Shown here: positions 9,428-19,402 of the stretch, piece by piece
How positions within the stretch are numbered: the first letter of the stretch is position 1
Layout of the letters: the number at the start of each line of letters is the position of its first letter
Source: Candidatus Latescibacterota bacterium
Lineage (GTDB): Bacteria; Latescibacterota; UBA2968; GCA-2709665
Assembly: GCA_965203805.1 (NCBI GenBank)
Contig: OZ241917.1
Coordinates: forward strand, 5,056,001 to 5,120,000
DNA length: 64,000 nucleotides
Direction of reading: 5' to 3'
Notes under the pieces: generated by a model
Databases searched by the model: none
The model's input: the letters and a program-made list of their open reading frames with translations, nothing else
What the model was told of the DNA's origin: nothing
Position numbers and translations under genes: made by a program

Positions 9428-10572
9428 TCCATCTCTCTGACCAGTTTCGCGCAGACCAGGTCCGCCAGAAGAAGGCCGCGGCGGGTGAGGCGGACCCTTC
9501 CCTCCCCACGTTCGAGCAGGCGATCGGGAATGAGGTCGATTGAACGGCGTCCGGGGCCCAAAAGCGTTTCGGGAATGCCATTGACGCGGCGGAGGCCGAG
9601 CATCACCTGTTCCACGCGCCTGTCCCGTGAGGAGAGCAGTTCTTCCTCTTCAACGGCGACACCCGAGGTCTCCACACTCCCTATATACGCCATGAGGGGG
9701 CGGATGTTCCAGGTCCGGCGGTTGTTAAAAAAGGAATGGGCGGATAGCCCGATGCCGAGATACGGCCGCCGGTCCCAGCAGCCGATATTGTGCAGGCACG
9801 CAGAACCCGGCTGCGCGAAATTCGAGACTTCGTACTGCAGGTACCCGGCCTGGCGCAGCTTCTCCTGGGCGATCTCGTACATTTCGGCCTGAGCATCTTC
9901 GGGAGGCAGCGGCAGGCGGTTCTTCTTCAATCGGCGGTCGAATGCGGTGCCCGGCTCGATGGTCAGCCCGTAAACGGAGACGTGCTCGGGACCGAGATCG
10001 ACGACGCGGTCCAGGGTATCCCGCCATGCGGATGCCGTCTGCCGCGGCGCGGAGAAAATCAAGTCGACGTTGAGGTTTCCGAAGCCGGCCCGACGGGCGG
10101 CGCCGACGGCAGCCGTGGCCTCGGCAGCGGTATGGCGCCTGCCCAGAGCCCGGAGCGTGGGGTTGTCCAGAGCCTGTATTCCCAGGCTGAGCCGATTGAA
10201 TCCCATGGCCGCCAATTCCGGAAACCGCGCATGGTCTTCGGGATTGGCTTCAGCGGTAATCTCCGCTTCCGGCGAGATATGCGACAGGGAACGAGCGGCG
10301 TCCAGGATTCGACGCAGCGCTTCCGGCGGCACTTCTGAAGGCGTGCCGCCACCGAAATAGACCGTATCGAAAACCGTGCGCCTGCCAAACCGGGGGAGGC
10401 GAGTCTGAAACTCGCGGATGACCGCGTCCGTATACCGTTCCGCCAGGTGCGTCTTGCCCACGTCAAAAGCGAAATCGCAATAAGGACACCGGGACCTGCA
10501 GAACGGAATGTGGATATAGAGACCGGACATAAGCGTCAACCACGTGTGGAACCGCGAGCCCTCATTACTCAA
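9412..10572 (-). CDS. hemW: Radical SAM heme chaperone HemW (start may be 10530)
   Basis: LYIHIPFCRSRCPYCDF, YFGGGTPS, YEVSNFA..HN; typical lepA-lepB-hemW order. Confidence 0.9.
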   Translation of the reverse strand: MSNEGSRFHTWLTLMSGLYIHIPFCRSRCPYCDFAFDVGKTHLAERYTDAVIREFQTRLPRFGRRTVFDTVYFGGGTPSEVPPEALRRILDAARSLSHISPEAEITAEANPEDHARFPELAAMGFNRLSLGIQALDNPTLRALGRRHTAAEATAAVGAARRAGFGNLNVDLIFSAPRQTASAWRDTLDRVVDLGPEHVSVYGLTIEPGTAFDRRLKKNRLPLPPEDAQAEMYEIAQEKLRQAGYLQYEVSNFAQPGSACLHNIGCWDRRPYLGIGLSAHSFFNNRRTWNIRPLMAYIGSVETSGVAVEEEELLSSRDRRVEQVMLGLRRVNGIPETLLGPGRRSIDLIPDRLLERGEGRVRLTRRGLLLADLVCAKLVREMEWKSA

Positions 10573-11326
10573 CCGTCCGCCCGATACGGCTCCATCGCAC
10601 GCGCCCGAATCCGTGTATCAGGTTGTATAAGGCCATTTTGGGAATTGAAAGGAGGTTCTCGAACTTCGGCGCCGCGGAGTCCGGCGCCCACGACCAGTAG
10701 ATGATGTTCGCCTTCGCCCGGATTCGCCCCTTGTCCAGGAAGCTCCAGTATCGGCTGTCCTCGCTGTTGTCCCTGTTGTCTCCCATCACGAAGTAGTGCC
10801 CGGCGGGCACTCTTCTGAGGCGCATGTTGTCGCGAATGCCGCCGGGCGATGAAACGGGCAGGATGACGGGATCCACGTATTTGGACAGCGGCGGATCGAT
10901 CGTGCGCTTTCCGTCCACGTAGAGTATCTTGTCGCGGATTTCGACCTCCTGACCGGGCGCGGCCACCACACGTTTGATAAAGTCCCGGGCCGGGTTTCTC
11001 GGGTACTCGAAAATGATGATATCCCCGGGTTCGGGATCTCTGAATCCTGGAAGCCGTGCCTCTGTAAACGGAATTCTGGCGCCGTAGACGATTTTGTTCG
11101 CCAGAAGAAAGTCGCCCACCAGGAGCGTGTTCTCCATCGAGCCCGTGGGAATGCTGAAGGCCTGAACCACGAAGGTTCTCAGAAAGAGCGCCAGGGCAAC
11201 GGCCACCAGAATGGCTTCGAGGTATTCTCTGGCCACGGATTTTTTTCCTCGGCGTGTTCTTCCTTTACGCGCCTTCCGGGTCGGGGCCCTCTTTGCGGCT
11301 CGCGTGCGTCGTGCGGATTTGCCCAT
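10565..11326 (-). CDS. lepB: Signal peptidase I
   Basis: IPTGSMENTLLVGD, FIKRVV, GDNRDNSEDSRYW. Confidence 0.96.
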   Translation of the reverse strand: MGKSARRTRAAKRAPTRKARKGRTRRGKKSVAREYLEAILVAVALALFLRTFVVQAFSIPTGSMENTLLVGDFLLANKIVYGARIPFTEARLPGFRDPEPGDIIIFEYPRNPARDFIKRVVAAPGQEVEIRDKILYVDGKRTIDPPLSKYVDPVILPVSSPGGIRDNMRLRRVPAGHYFVMGDNRDNSEDSRYWSFLDKGRIRAKANIIYWSWAPDSAAPKFENLLSIPKMALYNLIHGFGRVRWSRIGRTVE

Positions 11327-11370
11327 TTGTCCGGTATTATATCGCTCGGTTGGCGTCCTTATCCGGGAGC

Positions 11371-13170
11371 TTACATTTCCATGCGAAGGACGGCGAGGAA
11401 TGCTTCCTGAGGAATTTCGATATTTCCCACCTGCTTCATCCTCCGCTTCCCTTCTCTCTGTCTCTCCAGGAGTTTCCGCTTTCTGGTTACGTCACCGCCG
11501 TAACACTTGGCGGTGACGTTCTTGCGGAACGGACGCACCGACGTCCTTGAGATGACTTTCCTTCCGATGGCTGCCTGGATGACGACCTCGAACATCTGTC
11601 TCGGGATGAGTTCCTTGAGTCTGGAACAGATCGCCCGTCCCCAATCGTAGGCCTTGTCCCGATGGACAACGGCGGACAGCGCGTCCACAGCGTCTTCATT
11701 AATGAGCAGGTCGAGCTTGACCAGGTCGGCGGCGCGGTGCTCCCTGTACTCGTAATCGAACGACGCGTACCCTCGCGTGACGGATTTGAGGCGGTCATAG
11801 AAGTCCAGCACGATCTCGGAGAGGGGCAGTTCGTAACGCAGCAAGGCGCGCGCGGGATCCACGAATTCCGTGGTAATATAGATTCCACGGCGGTCCTGGG
11901 CAACCTGCATGGCCGCGCCGATGTATTCGGCTGGTACCAGGATCTGCGCGTTGAGGACGGGTTCCGCGATTTCTTCGATCTGGACGGCGGCAGGCATCTC
12001 GGCGGGGTTGTGGACGATTTCGACGTCCCCGTTGGTGAGCAGAACCTCGTACTCCACGTTGGGTACGGTGGTAATGATCTCCATGTCGAATTCGCGGGCG
12101 AGACGTTCCTGTACGATCTCCATATGAAGCAGGCCCAGGAAGCCGCAGCGGAAGCCGAATCCCAGGGCCGTCGACGTTTCCGGCTCGAAGCGTAGCGACG
12201 CGTCATTCAGACGCAGTTTCTCCAGGGCCGTTCGGAGGTCGGTGTAGTCCTCCGCATTGACGGGGTAGACGCCGGAAAACACCATGGGTTTGACTTCCTG
12301 GTACCCGGGCAGCGGTTTGCCGGCGGGCCGGCTGGATCCGGTAACGGTGTCGCCCATGTGGAGCTCTTCGAGGTCCTTCACACCCGCGATGAGATAGCCG
12401 ACTTCTCCGGCCTGCAGCGTGCGCGTCTTGACACGTTTCAGTTTGAGGACGCCGATTTCTTCTGCCTCGAACTGGCGACCGGTGGAGAAAAACCGGATGG
12501 GCATGTCGGTCCGAAGGCTGCCCTGGAAAACCCGGATCGAGGCGACGGCGCCCCGGTACCGGTCGAAGATGGAGTCGAAGATCAGGGCCTGGAGGGCCGC
12601 GTCGGGATCGCCCTGGGGCGGCGGGATCTGCTCGATGATTGCCTGAAGCAGGGCTTCGACGCCGACGCCCTGTTTGGCGCTGATCTTATGGATATCGGAT
12701 TCCTCGACACCCAAAAGGTCGTGGATCTGCAGGACCACCCGGTCCACGTCGACGTTGGGCAGATCGATCTTGTTGATGACCGGGATGATCTCGAGGTCAT
12801 GCTCCAGCGCGAGAAGCACGTTGCTGATCGTTTGCGCCTCGACGCCCTGCGCGGCGTCGACCAGGAGAAGGGTTCCTTCACACGCGGCCAGGCTTCTCGA
12901 TACCTCGTACGAAAAGTCGACGTGACCCGGCGTATCGATGAGGTTGAGGATGTACTTCTGACCGTTCGAAGACCGGTAGTCCATCCGGACGGCGTGGGAC
13001 TTGATGGTGATGCCGCGCTCCCGTTCCAGGTCCATGTCGTCCAGGACCTGGTCCATCATCTCGTTTCGCGACAGCGTCGAAGTCGTTTCCAGGAGCCGGT
13101 CAGCCAGGGTCGATTTGCCGTGGTCGATGTGGGCAATGATGCAGAAGTTTCGGATGTTCCGGGTATTCAT
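11371..13170 (-). CDS. lepA: Elongation factor 4 (LepA)
   Basis: [55 protein letters not shown]. Likely ATG start at 13170. Confidence 0.98.
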   Translation of the reverse strand: MNTRNIRNFCIIAHIDHGKSTLADRLLETTSTLSRNEMMDQVLDDMDLERERGITIKSHAVRMDYRSSNGQKYILNLIDTPGHVDFSYEVSRSLAACEGTLLLVDAAQGVEAQTISNVLLALEHDLEIIPVINKIDLPNVDVDRVVLQIHDLLGVEESDIHKISAKQGVGVEALLQAIIEQIPPPQGDPDAALQALIFDSIFDRYRGAVASIRVFQGSLRTDMPIRFFSTGRQFEAEEIGVLKLKRVKTRTLQAGEVGYLIAGVKDLEELHMGDTVTGSSRPAGKPLPGYQEVKPMVFSGVYPVNAEDYTDLRTALEKLRLNDASLRFEPETSTALGFGFRCGFLGLLHMEIVQERLAREFDMEIITTVPNVEYEVLLTNGDVEIVHNPAEMPAAVQIEEIAEPVLNAQILVPAEYIGAAMQVAQDRRGIYITTEFVDPARALLRYELPLSEIVLDFYDRLKSVTRGYASFDYEYREHRAADLVKLDLLINEDAVDALSAVVHRDKAYDWGRAICSRLKELIPRQMFEVVIQAAIGRKVISRTSVRPFRKNVTAKCYGGDVTRKRKLLERQREGKRRMKQVGNIEIPQEAFLAVLRMEM

Positions 13171-13242
13171 CGTCCGGACGCTCTCCAATTGGTGGCAACT
13201 TCAAAAAATTCAACCGTCTACACGTTGTGTATCGAAGGTTAG

Positions 13243-13271
13243 AATATACTCTGTTCGAGGTTTGAAGTCAA
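13243..13271 (-). promoter_or_regulatory. Sigma70-type promoter for the lepA operon
   Basis: TTGACT-17 bp-TATATT on the minus strand upstream of lepA. Confidence 0.7.
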
Positions 13272-13381
13272 CCGCGGAAGGGGAATCGACCCGGCCCGGA
13301 TTGGGGTCGCCGCCCGGTCACCGGACAGGGGTGCGCCATAGCGAGAGGGAGGACGATGAGGGTTTCTGCGATGTAAAGAGG

Positions 13382-13411
13382 TTGACATCCCTGGAAATCC
13401 GTCGGTATATT
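13382..13411 (+). promoter_or_regulatory. Sigma70-type promoter for the Gfo-menC operon
   Basis: TTGACA-18 bp-TATATT. Confidence 0.65.
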
Positions 13412-13465
13412 TCGAGAACAACCCGTGGATTTCATGAAAGGTCCTGAGTCGGGAGATCCGGCATC

Positions 13466-14677
13466 ATGGAAAGGCTTCGGATTGCGGTGATCGGTGTGGG
13501 TGCGGCCCCGGATTCCCGGGCACGGCAGTATCTCGACACAATCGTCCGGCTGACGGACCATTATGAACTCGTCGGGATCTGCGACCGCAACGAACGCGCC
13601 CTGGCCGAAGCGTCCGCGGATCGATCAACGGTCCGCTTCCGGGATATCTCGTCCCTCTTTGCCTCAGCGCAGCCCGACGTGGTGCTGAGTATGACGCCCA
13701 AGGACTCCCATGTCGTGATCGCGATGGCGGCCGCACGGCAAGGCGTCCACGTCATCACGGAGATTCCCGTGGGGCTCACGCGGCGCTACGTGCGGGCCGT
13801 TGCGCGGACATGCGAGGAACACGGCGTGCTGTGGGAGGTGGCGGAGCAGGTGTGGCTGTGGCCGCGGGAACGGCTCAAACGGAGAATTATCGAGGCCGGC
13901 CTGCTGGGCGAATTGACCCATTCGCGCCTATGGTACCTGACGGGTCAATACCACGGATTCAACGGCGTCCGCTCCCTGCTGGGCGAAGAGGCGAAACGGG
14001 TGCTGGGCTATTGCGGAGAGGCGCCGGCGCTGCCGTACGAGGCGTACGGCGGGGAGCGACAGAATACGGTGATGTGGGACCACGCGGTGGTGGAATTCGA
14101 AAGCGGTATCGCGTGTCTGTTCGAAAAGCCGCCGCGTGCCTTCCCCTCCCCGGCACAGGGGTTCCCCACCGGTTGGCACGTGGAAGGGACCAGAGGATAC
14201 CTGGACCAGAGTCAGCTCGTGCTATACGGTGAAGAGACGTCTCGGGCGTACGATTTGCAGGAGCGGTACGAAGAAGTCGACGGACAGCAGGTGCTGGGCG
14301 CCGCGCGCGTGGATACGGACCCGCCGGTCGTCTGGGAAAATCCGTACCGCAAGTGGCGGATCGGGTCGGCCGACGACGTTGCAAAGGCGAGCATCCTTGT
14401 CAGTTTTCACAAGGCGATTACCGAAGGCCGCCGGCCGCAGTACGGCCATGAGAACGCGCTGAAAGACTGGGAGATCTGCCTGGCGGTCAGGGAGAGCGCC
14501 GATCGCGGGAACACCTGGATCGAATTGCCGCTCGGCGAACCGACGGACCTCGAACGAAAAATCGAAGCGGAATTCGTGCGGCGCTACGGCCACGACCCCG
14601 TCGAATCGCCGGAACGGCTTCTGGACGCGCCATTCACCCGTTCGGCGACCCTGTGGCCCTTCGCGCACTGGCTGTGA
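13466..14677 (+). CDS. Gfo/Idh/MocA family oxidoreductase
   Basis: Rossmann IAVIGVG, H..A..AA..GVHV.TEIP (EKP-like motif). Confidence 0.85.
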   Translation: MERLRIAVIGVGAAPDSRARQYLDTIVRLTDHYELVGICDRNERALAEASADRSTVRFRDISSLFASAQPDVVLSMTPKDSHVVIAMAAARQGVHVITEIPVGLTRRYVRAVARTCEEHGVLWEVAEQVWLWPRERLKRRIIEAGLLGELTHSRLWYLTGQYHGFNGVRSLLGEEAKRVLGYCGEAPALPYEAYGGERQNTVMWDHAVVEFESGIACLFEKPPRAFPSPAQGFPTGWHVEGTRGYLDQSQLVLYGEETSRAYDLQERYEEVDGQQVLGAARVDTDPPVVWENPYRKWRIGSADDVAKASILVSFHKAITEGRRPQYGHENALKDWEICLAVRESADRGNTWIELPLGEPTDLERKIEAEFVRRYGHDPVESPERLLDAPFTRSATLWPFAHWL

Positions 14678-14842
14678 GGGAGGGAAGGGATGCCTGGAGG
14701 TCTGTCCAGTCACCGGACGTCGGCGGTCAGCCATTTGCTACTAACGAATAGCGGCGCAGATGACAGCAACCTCGGGCAACCAGACCGCTCTGCCGCCCTT
14801 GCTATCGGCCGTTGAAACCCTGCACCTGGAGAGGAACTGTAC

Positions 14843-15964
14843 GTGAAAATCGACTCCGCGGAAATACGGTACGTCGAACTGCCGCTGATTTCGCCCTGGC
14901 GGACCGCTTACGGCGAGGATGCGTCGATCCATTCGGTGATGGTCAAACTGTGCGGGGGCGGGGCGGAGGCCTGGGGCGAGGCGGCGCCGTTCTACGCCCC
15001 GACCTATTCGCCCGAATCCGCGCGGTCCGTTTACGAGACGGCCCGGGAATTCTTCCTTCCGCGGATCGTGGGTCATACGCTGGACTCGGCCGATGACGTT
15101 ATGGATCGGATGTCGATCTTCAAAGGGAATCCGTTTTCCAAAGCTGCCGTGGAAACGGCGTGGTGGTCGTTGGACAGCAAGCTGAACGGCGTCGCGCTCT
15201 GGCGCGCGCTGGGAGCGGACGAACCGCTGGTGCGATGCGGCGCCGATTTCGGCGTCCAGGATACGATCGACGAGCTTCTCGCAATGATCCAGGGCGCGGT
15301 GGACGCGGGTTTCCCGCGGATCAAGCTGAAGGTCAAGCATGGGTGGGATATCGAGATGCTGGACGCCGTCAGGTCGGCCTTTCCCGATCCGGTATTTCAC
15401 GTGGATTGCAACTCCGGATACGACCTGAGAGCGGATTTCGAAACGCTCAGGGCATTCGACCGGTTCAACCTGGCCATGATCGAACAGCCGCTGGACCATA
15501 CCGACCTCATCGAGCACGCCGAGTTGCAGCGTCTGATTGAGACGCCGGTGTGCCTGGACGAATCGGTGACGCGGCCGCGGGACTTCGAACTCGCGCTGAA
15601 GATGGACGCCTGCCGCGTGATCAACGTGAAGCCGGGGCGCGTGGGCGGGCTGCGAAACGCCGTACGGATTCACGATATGGCGCGGGACGCGGGGATGGCG
15701 GCCTGGGTGGGCGGCATGCTGGAAAGCGGGGTGGGCGCCGGGATCTGCGCCGCCCTGGGGACGCTTCCGGGATTCACCTATCCGGCGGACGTGTTTCCTT
15801 CTTCCAAGTTCTACACTGAGGATATCACGGACCGATGGATCGAACAGGATGAGAATTGCAACGTCGTGCTGGATGACACGCCGGGCGTGGGATTCGATCC
15901 CGTGCAGGAAAGGCTCGATGCCGTGACGTCAATATGCGAGGTGATTGACAATGATGGACTGTGA
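14843..15964 (+). CDS. menC: o-succinylbenzoate synthase / N-succinylamino acid racemase (NSAR/OSBS subfamily, enolase superfamily)
   Basis: KLKV, DCN, EQP, DES, NVKPGRVGG, WVGGMLES, YPAD; capping domain present. Confidence 0.85.
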   Translation: MKIDSAEIRYVELPLISPWRTAYGEDASIHSVMVKLCGGGAEAWGEAAPFYAPTYSPESARSVYETAREFFLPRIVGHTLDSADDVMDRMSIFKGNPFSKAAVETAWWSLDSKLNGVALWRALGADEPLVRCGADFGVQDTIDELLAMIQGAVDAGFPRIKLKVKHGWDIEMLDAVRSAFPDPVFHVDCNSGYDLRADFETLRAFDRFNLAMIEQPLDHTDLIEHAELQRLIETPVCLDESVTRPRDFELALKMDACRVINVKPGRVGGLRNAVRIHDMARDAGMAAWVGGMLESGVGAGICAALGTLPGFTYPADVFPSSKFYTEDITDRWIEQDENCNVVLDDTPGVGFDPVQERLDAVTSICEVIDNDGL

Positions 15965-15997
15965 TTAAACCGTTGACTCGTGCGGGCATCGTGACCC

Positions 15998-16039
15998 GCG
16001 GGAGGCCGGGCGCCCACAAGGGACGCCCCTACATAGGAC
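15998..16039. repeat. GTAG-type REP-like palindrome; second copy at 17524-17565
   Basis: GGGCGCCCACAAGGGACGCCCCTAC identical at both sites. Confidence 0.75.
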
Positions 16040-16075
16040 CGGGGGGTTGAACGTCAAATTTGTTGGAAGTGATCT

Positions 16076-16110
16076 CCTCGTCGCGGGCTGAGCATGCGAC
16101 GGGGTTTTTT
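16076..16110 (+). terminator. Rho-independent terminator after menC
   Basis: CCTCGTCGC..GCGACGGGG stem followed by TTTTTT. Confidence 0.75.
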
Positions 16111-16117
16111 GTGTGAG

Positions 16118-16171
16118 GGTGGGGCAGACATTCCTGTCTGCCCACGTGCGATAAAACTGTCATCCTGAGGA
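16118..16171. repeat. GTGG-type REP-like hairpin plus TGTCATCCTGAG element start; second copy at 17612-17665
   Basis: GGTGGGGCAGACATTCCTGTCTGCCCACGTGCGATAAAACTGTCATCCTGAGG versus GGTGGGGCGGACATTCCTGCCTGCCCACGTGCGATAAAACTGTCATTCTGAGG. Confidence 0.75.
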
Positions 16172-16411
16172 AGCGCCCGGCCTGCCGGAGATTCATTGGC
16201 AGGCCGGCTGACGAAGGATCTACTGCAGCATCGCTTGATGTCCGAGCGTCTCTTGTTATTCGCCGTGACTTGACAGGCGGCACGTATGCGCCCGGGAAAT
16301 CTCGCCGAACAGGTGCCGGAGCAAGTTAGCCTCAATGTGAAAAAAGAACACCGAAAAATTGGCCACAAAAAGCACAAAAGGCACGAAAAGCATCCGTGCA
16401 GAGCGGCGTGT

Positions 16412-16590
16412 GTCATAACGCGGTGACCCTGCAGTTCTTTCCTCACCGGACCGAAAAGGTCGTCCGGATGGACATTCTTTCCCTTCACGTCAAGTGACCT
16501 GAAGAATCATAGAAATCAGAAGTTGAATCGCCTTTATTAGCTTGCATACATTCGAATTAACGTCCCAGAAAATTGACGAATCAAGGTTAG
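16412..16590 (-). mobile_element. Non-autonomous IS relic (IS1380-like end), inverted copy of 58345-58540
   Basis: Clear homology over ~150-180 bp with 58345-58520; ends in GACGAATCAAGGTTAG. Confidence 0.65.
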
Positions 16591-17048
16591 AGTCTCTGCA
16601 GATGGGTGAAGTTTACGGCGGCTGACGGATCCTTCTCGAGGGCGGCGAGATAAAGATCCAGATCCACGGTAAGTAGTGGCGTCTCCGCCGTAACCACCTC
16701 CAGGAGCGCCGAATCTGTCAGTCCGAGGCGTCTGTATTCAGATCGTTGCGAAGCGGTGGTACTTGCAACGACGATTTCTTCGCTTTCCTGGATGATGAAT
16801 CGAAGCCGGTCGAAAAAGCGGGAGCGTTCAGGGTCCCCGTGTTGGGCGAGCAGATTGGATGTTTCGGTAAGCGTGTTCGGCGTCACGTAAACACGGTTTA
16901 CGGGATCGATGACGTTTAGCAAAAGGTCGTAATCTTCTACGCCGAATTTTCGCAGTCTGCGGTGTTTGGGGATCAGGTCGCGACTTACGCTTCCAACGAC
17001 GAGCAATACGAGAAGATTGGCGTCAATGAATAAACCGGCGAACGTCAT
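16587..17048 (-). CDS. PIN domain protein (putative VapC-like ribonuclease toxin)
   Basis: FIDANLL, LTE, GLTD, LLTVD acidic PIN tetrad. Confidence 0.85.
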   Translation of the reverse strand: MTFAGLFIDANLLVLLVVGSVSRDLIPKHRRLRKFGVEDYDLLLNVIDPVNRVYVTPNTLTETSNLLAQHGDPERSRFFDRLRFIIQESEEIVVASTTASQRSEYRRLGLTDSALLEVVTAETPLLTVDLDLYLAALEKDPSAAVNFTHLQRL

Positions 17049-17052
17049 CGAC

Positions 17053-17349
17053 TTATTCCGAAGCCGCGAAGACGCGTTCCTTTACCGATAGGACTCGCCC
17101 GTCCTCGTCGTCGATTCGAAGGACCTTATACGACCGCGCCGAGCGTCCTTCACTCAGCGCCGCGGTTAAAGGATTCTTATGGTCCCATGGACGCGAAAAG
17201 CCGATGGTTATCTTCCAATCAAAGGAATTCTCGTCGAACTCTACTTCCTCGAGACCGACGTTCGTGATGTCCTCCCCGTCGAAAAGGTCAATCAGGTATT
17301 CTTTCGCCACTTGCGCGGCTTCTCTTACATCCATGTTCGTGTCGCTCAT
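17053..17349 (-). CDS. Small acidic hypothetical protein upstream of PIN (putative antitoxin/partner)
   Basis: MDVREAAQVAKEYL..GLEEVEFD..WKITIGFSRPW..YKVLRIDDEDGRV; 4-bp gap to the PIN gene; likely start 17349. Confidence 0.7.
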   Translation of the reverse strand: MSDTNMDVREAAQVAKEYLIDLFDGEDITNVGLEEVEFDENSFDWKITIGFSRPWDHKNPLTAALSEGRSARSYKVLRIDDEDGRVLSVKERVFAASE

Positions 17350-17424
17350 GGGGGTCTCCGCGATTTGTTCCCATACTTGAAACTTGACAACATGCAACTG
17401 TCGCCCAATATACCCAAAATCACG

Positions 17425-17523
17425 ACCTCGGGCAACCAGGCCGCTCTGTCACACTCGCTATCGGCCGATGAAACTCTGCATCTGGAAAGGAACTGGACGT
17501 GAAAATCGATTCCGCGGAGATAT
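17425..17523 (+). pseudogene. Diverged duplicate of the menC leader and first 8 codons
   Basis: ACCTCGGGCAACCAG..GCTATCGGCCG.TGAAAC.CTGCA.CTGGA.AGGAACTG.ACGTGAAAATCGA.TCCGCGGA.ATA matches 14769-14866, then jumps to the post-menC REP. Confidence 0.75.
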
Positions 17524-17651
17524 GCGGGAGACCGGGCGCCCACAAGGGACGCCCCTACATAGGACAGGGGGACTCACGGCAATGTGGAGCCGATGAAGAG
17601 GCCGGTATGAAGGTGGGGCGGACATTCCTGCCTGCCCACGTGCGATAAAAC

Positions 17652-17766
17652 TGTCATTCTGAGGAGGCCGTCAAACCGGTGATGTGTCCGCGCAAATGTG
17701 TTTATTGCGTTTCTGCGTCAGGACGTTAGAGAAGACGGGAGATTCTTCGCTGCGCTCAGAATGACA
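17652..17766. repeat. TGTCATTCTGAG...CTCAGAATGACA inverted-repeat element
   Basis: 12-bp terminal inverted repeat with GAGATTCTTCGCTGCGCTCAGAATGACA right arm; a half copy starts at 16158. Confidence 0.7.
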
Positions 17767-17831
17767 TGTTTTGTAATTGCAATAAGCGAAATGTCTCGGT
17801 CAGTCGTTTGCCAGCACTGTCATCCTGAGGA

Positions 17832-19181
17832 TCAGGCGAACAGCTGTGCCAGCAGGTCGCCCGCGAGGGTCTCCATTGCTGGCGCGGTGCCGGCGCCGCC
17901 CAGGGACGAATTGGCCGCCCAGGTCTCGTAGCCGCCCTCCTCGGTTAGCGCTTTGTCGGTGCAGATATAGCCGATGTAACCGTTGGCAAGGCTCACGACG
18001 AAGACGGGGCCGGCGGATGTTCGCGACTTGATATTCAAGCCCGACTCAACGAAAACTTCCCCTGGCAGCGCCACAATGGCGGCGTTACCGAGGCTGAAGG
18101 CCTGCACAGTGGCGCTCATCCTGGCCGGGAGTCGTGCGAGGCGCTTGCATTCCATGGCGTAGACATCGACGATCGACCGGGGGATGGGTTGGCCCACGAC
18201 CCAGCTGAAGGGGCCGTCATCGTATTGGGGTGGATCGTCGGGCGACGCCAGGATTTTATCGGCCATCTCCAGGTCTTCGGGTGTGATCGTCCTGGGCGCG
18301 AAATCGAACGTACCGGTCACGGCCGCGAGATCAAGGGTATCCTGCATCTCCATAAGCTGGATTTCGGTGAGCATGTGGCCGGCCAGGACGTTGGCCATTT
18401 TTCTGGCGTGGACGTGGCCGCGGTCTTTCCATCTGCGGCGCCCGCTGAAGTCGATATTGTTGATCTGGCCGGACGCGGCGTTCCAGAGCAAGGGGACGCA
18501 GTCCCCGCCCAGGTAACTCTGCATCTGCCGGAAGAAGTGACCGAAATAATCCGCCGAAATGCCGCCGCCGGCGCCGATATAATGAAGGGAGTAACAGGCA
18601 ACCGCCGAGACCGGGTTGCCCTCAAGGTCTTCCACGTACAACATCGCGAGTTCGGGGTCGGTTGGGCCGGTGGGCTCGATCAGATTCGGATCGGCCACCC
18701 CCGGGTTCATCTGCACGGTCCCGTCCTTCATCCGCCAGCGGCGGTTGAAGGCGATGCGGTCCTCCTCCACGCTGGCGAAGCCGATTCGCGCGGGGCGCAG
18801 GCGGCGGCACGCGAGTTCGGCGGCGTCGGCGATCTTGAGGTGAAGCCATTCTATATAGTCTGAGTCGCCGTCCGTACCCAGCAGATCGGCGATGCCGCCC
18901 CCGCTGTGCGTATGGGTAGCGTTGATCATCGTGTGAGCGACGGGGATGCCGCATCTCTTCGCGACGCGCTGCCTGGCGCGTTCCGCGATATTCTGCGGCA
19001 TAGCGATGAGATCGCAGGTGATGAAGGCGACGCGGGTATGGCCGTTGTCCAGGACGAGGGCTTTGGCCAGGAGTTCGTCGTGGACGTCATCGGCGTATCC
19101 CGGCCGATGCCCCCCGGGGATGGTCACGCCCAGCCAGGGTGTGATGTTGGCCGTGGCGGCGCCTGCCTGCAAAGTGCCCAT
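17832..19181 (-). CDS. Neutral/alkaline ceramidase-like (N-terminal domain) hydrolase, uncharacterised
   Basis: AG.A..NITP, VHDEL.AKALVL, NATHTHSG, NRR, GPTDP, SADY, LPGE.F.E.G, LANGYIGY..GGYE. Confidence 0.75.
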   Translation of the reverse strand: MGTLQAGAATANITPWLGVTIPGGHRPGYADDVHDELLAKALVLDNGHTRVAFITCDLIAMPQNIAERARQRVAKRCGIPVAHTMINATHTHSGGGIADLLGTDGDSDYIEWLHLKIADAAELACRRLRPARIGFASVEEDRIAFNRRWRMKDGTVQMNPGVADPNLIEPTGPTDPELAMLYVEDLEGNPVSAVACYSLHYIGAGGGISADYFGHFFRQMQSYLGGDCVPLLWNAASGQINNIDFSGRRRWKDRGHVHARKMANVLAGHMLTEIQLMEMQDTLDLAAVTGTFDFAPRTITPEDLEMADKILASPDDPPQYDDGPFSWVVGQPIPRSIVDVYAMECKRLARLPARMSATVQAFSLGNAAIVALPGEVFVESGLNIKSRTSAGPVFVVSLANGYIGYICTDKALTEEGGYETWAANSSLGGAGTAPAMETLAGDLLAQLFA

Positions 19182-19209
19182 AGCAGTTCTCCTTACCTGC
19201 CGAACCTAT

Positions 19210-19402
19210 CAGCCCGTTGATAAAGTCCATCCGGGCTGCGTCCGGCCCTTGTGGCCGAAATACGGCGTTGCCTGCCTGCGCCAAGCAACGCGCGGCAGGC
19301 AGGCGCTCCCTCCCCGAATCCAGGGATTCGCGTCGGTCGCGCGCCTTGTCTTCGGCCACAATGACTCGGCCTCGCCTGCAGAGCGACTTTTTCAACGGAC
19401 TG
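19210..19402. mobile_element. ~193-bp MITE with 18-bp imperfect TIRs and 4-bp TSD CTAT
   Basis: CAGCCCGTTGATAAAGTC..GACTTTTTCAACGGACTG, flanked by CTAT at 19206-19209 and 19403-19406; near-identical inverted copy at 44867-45060. Confidence 0.85.
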
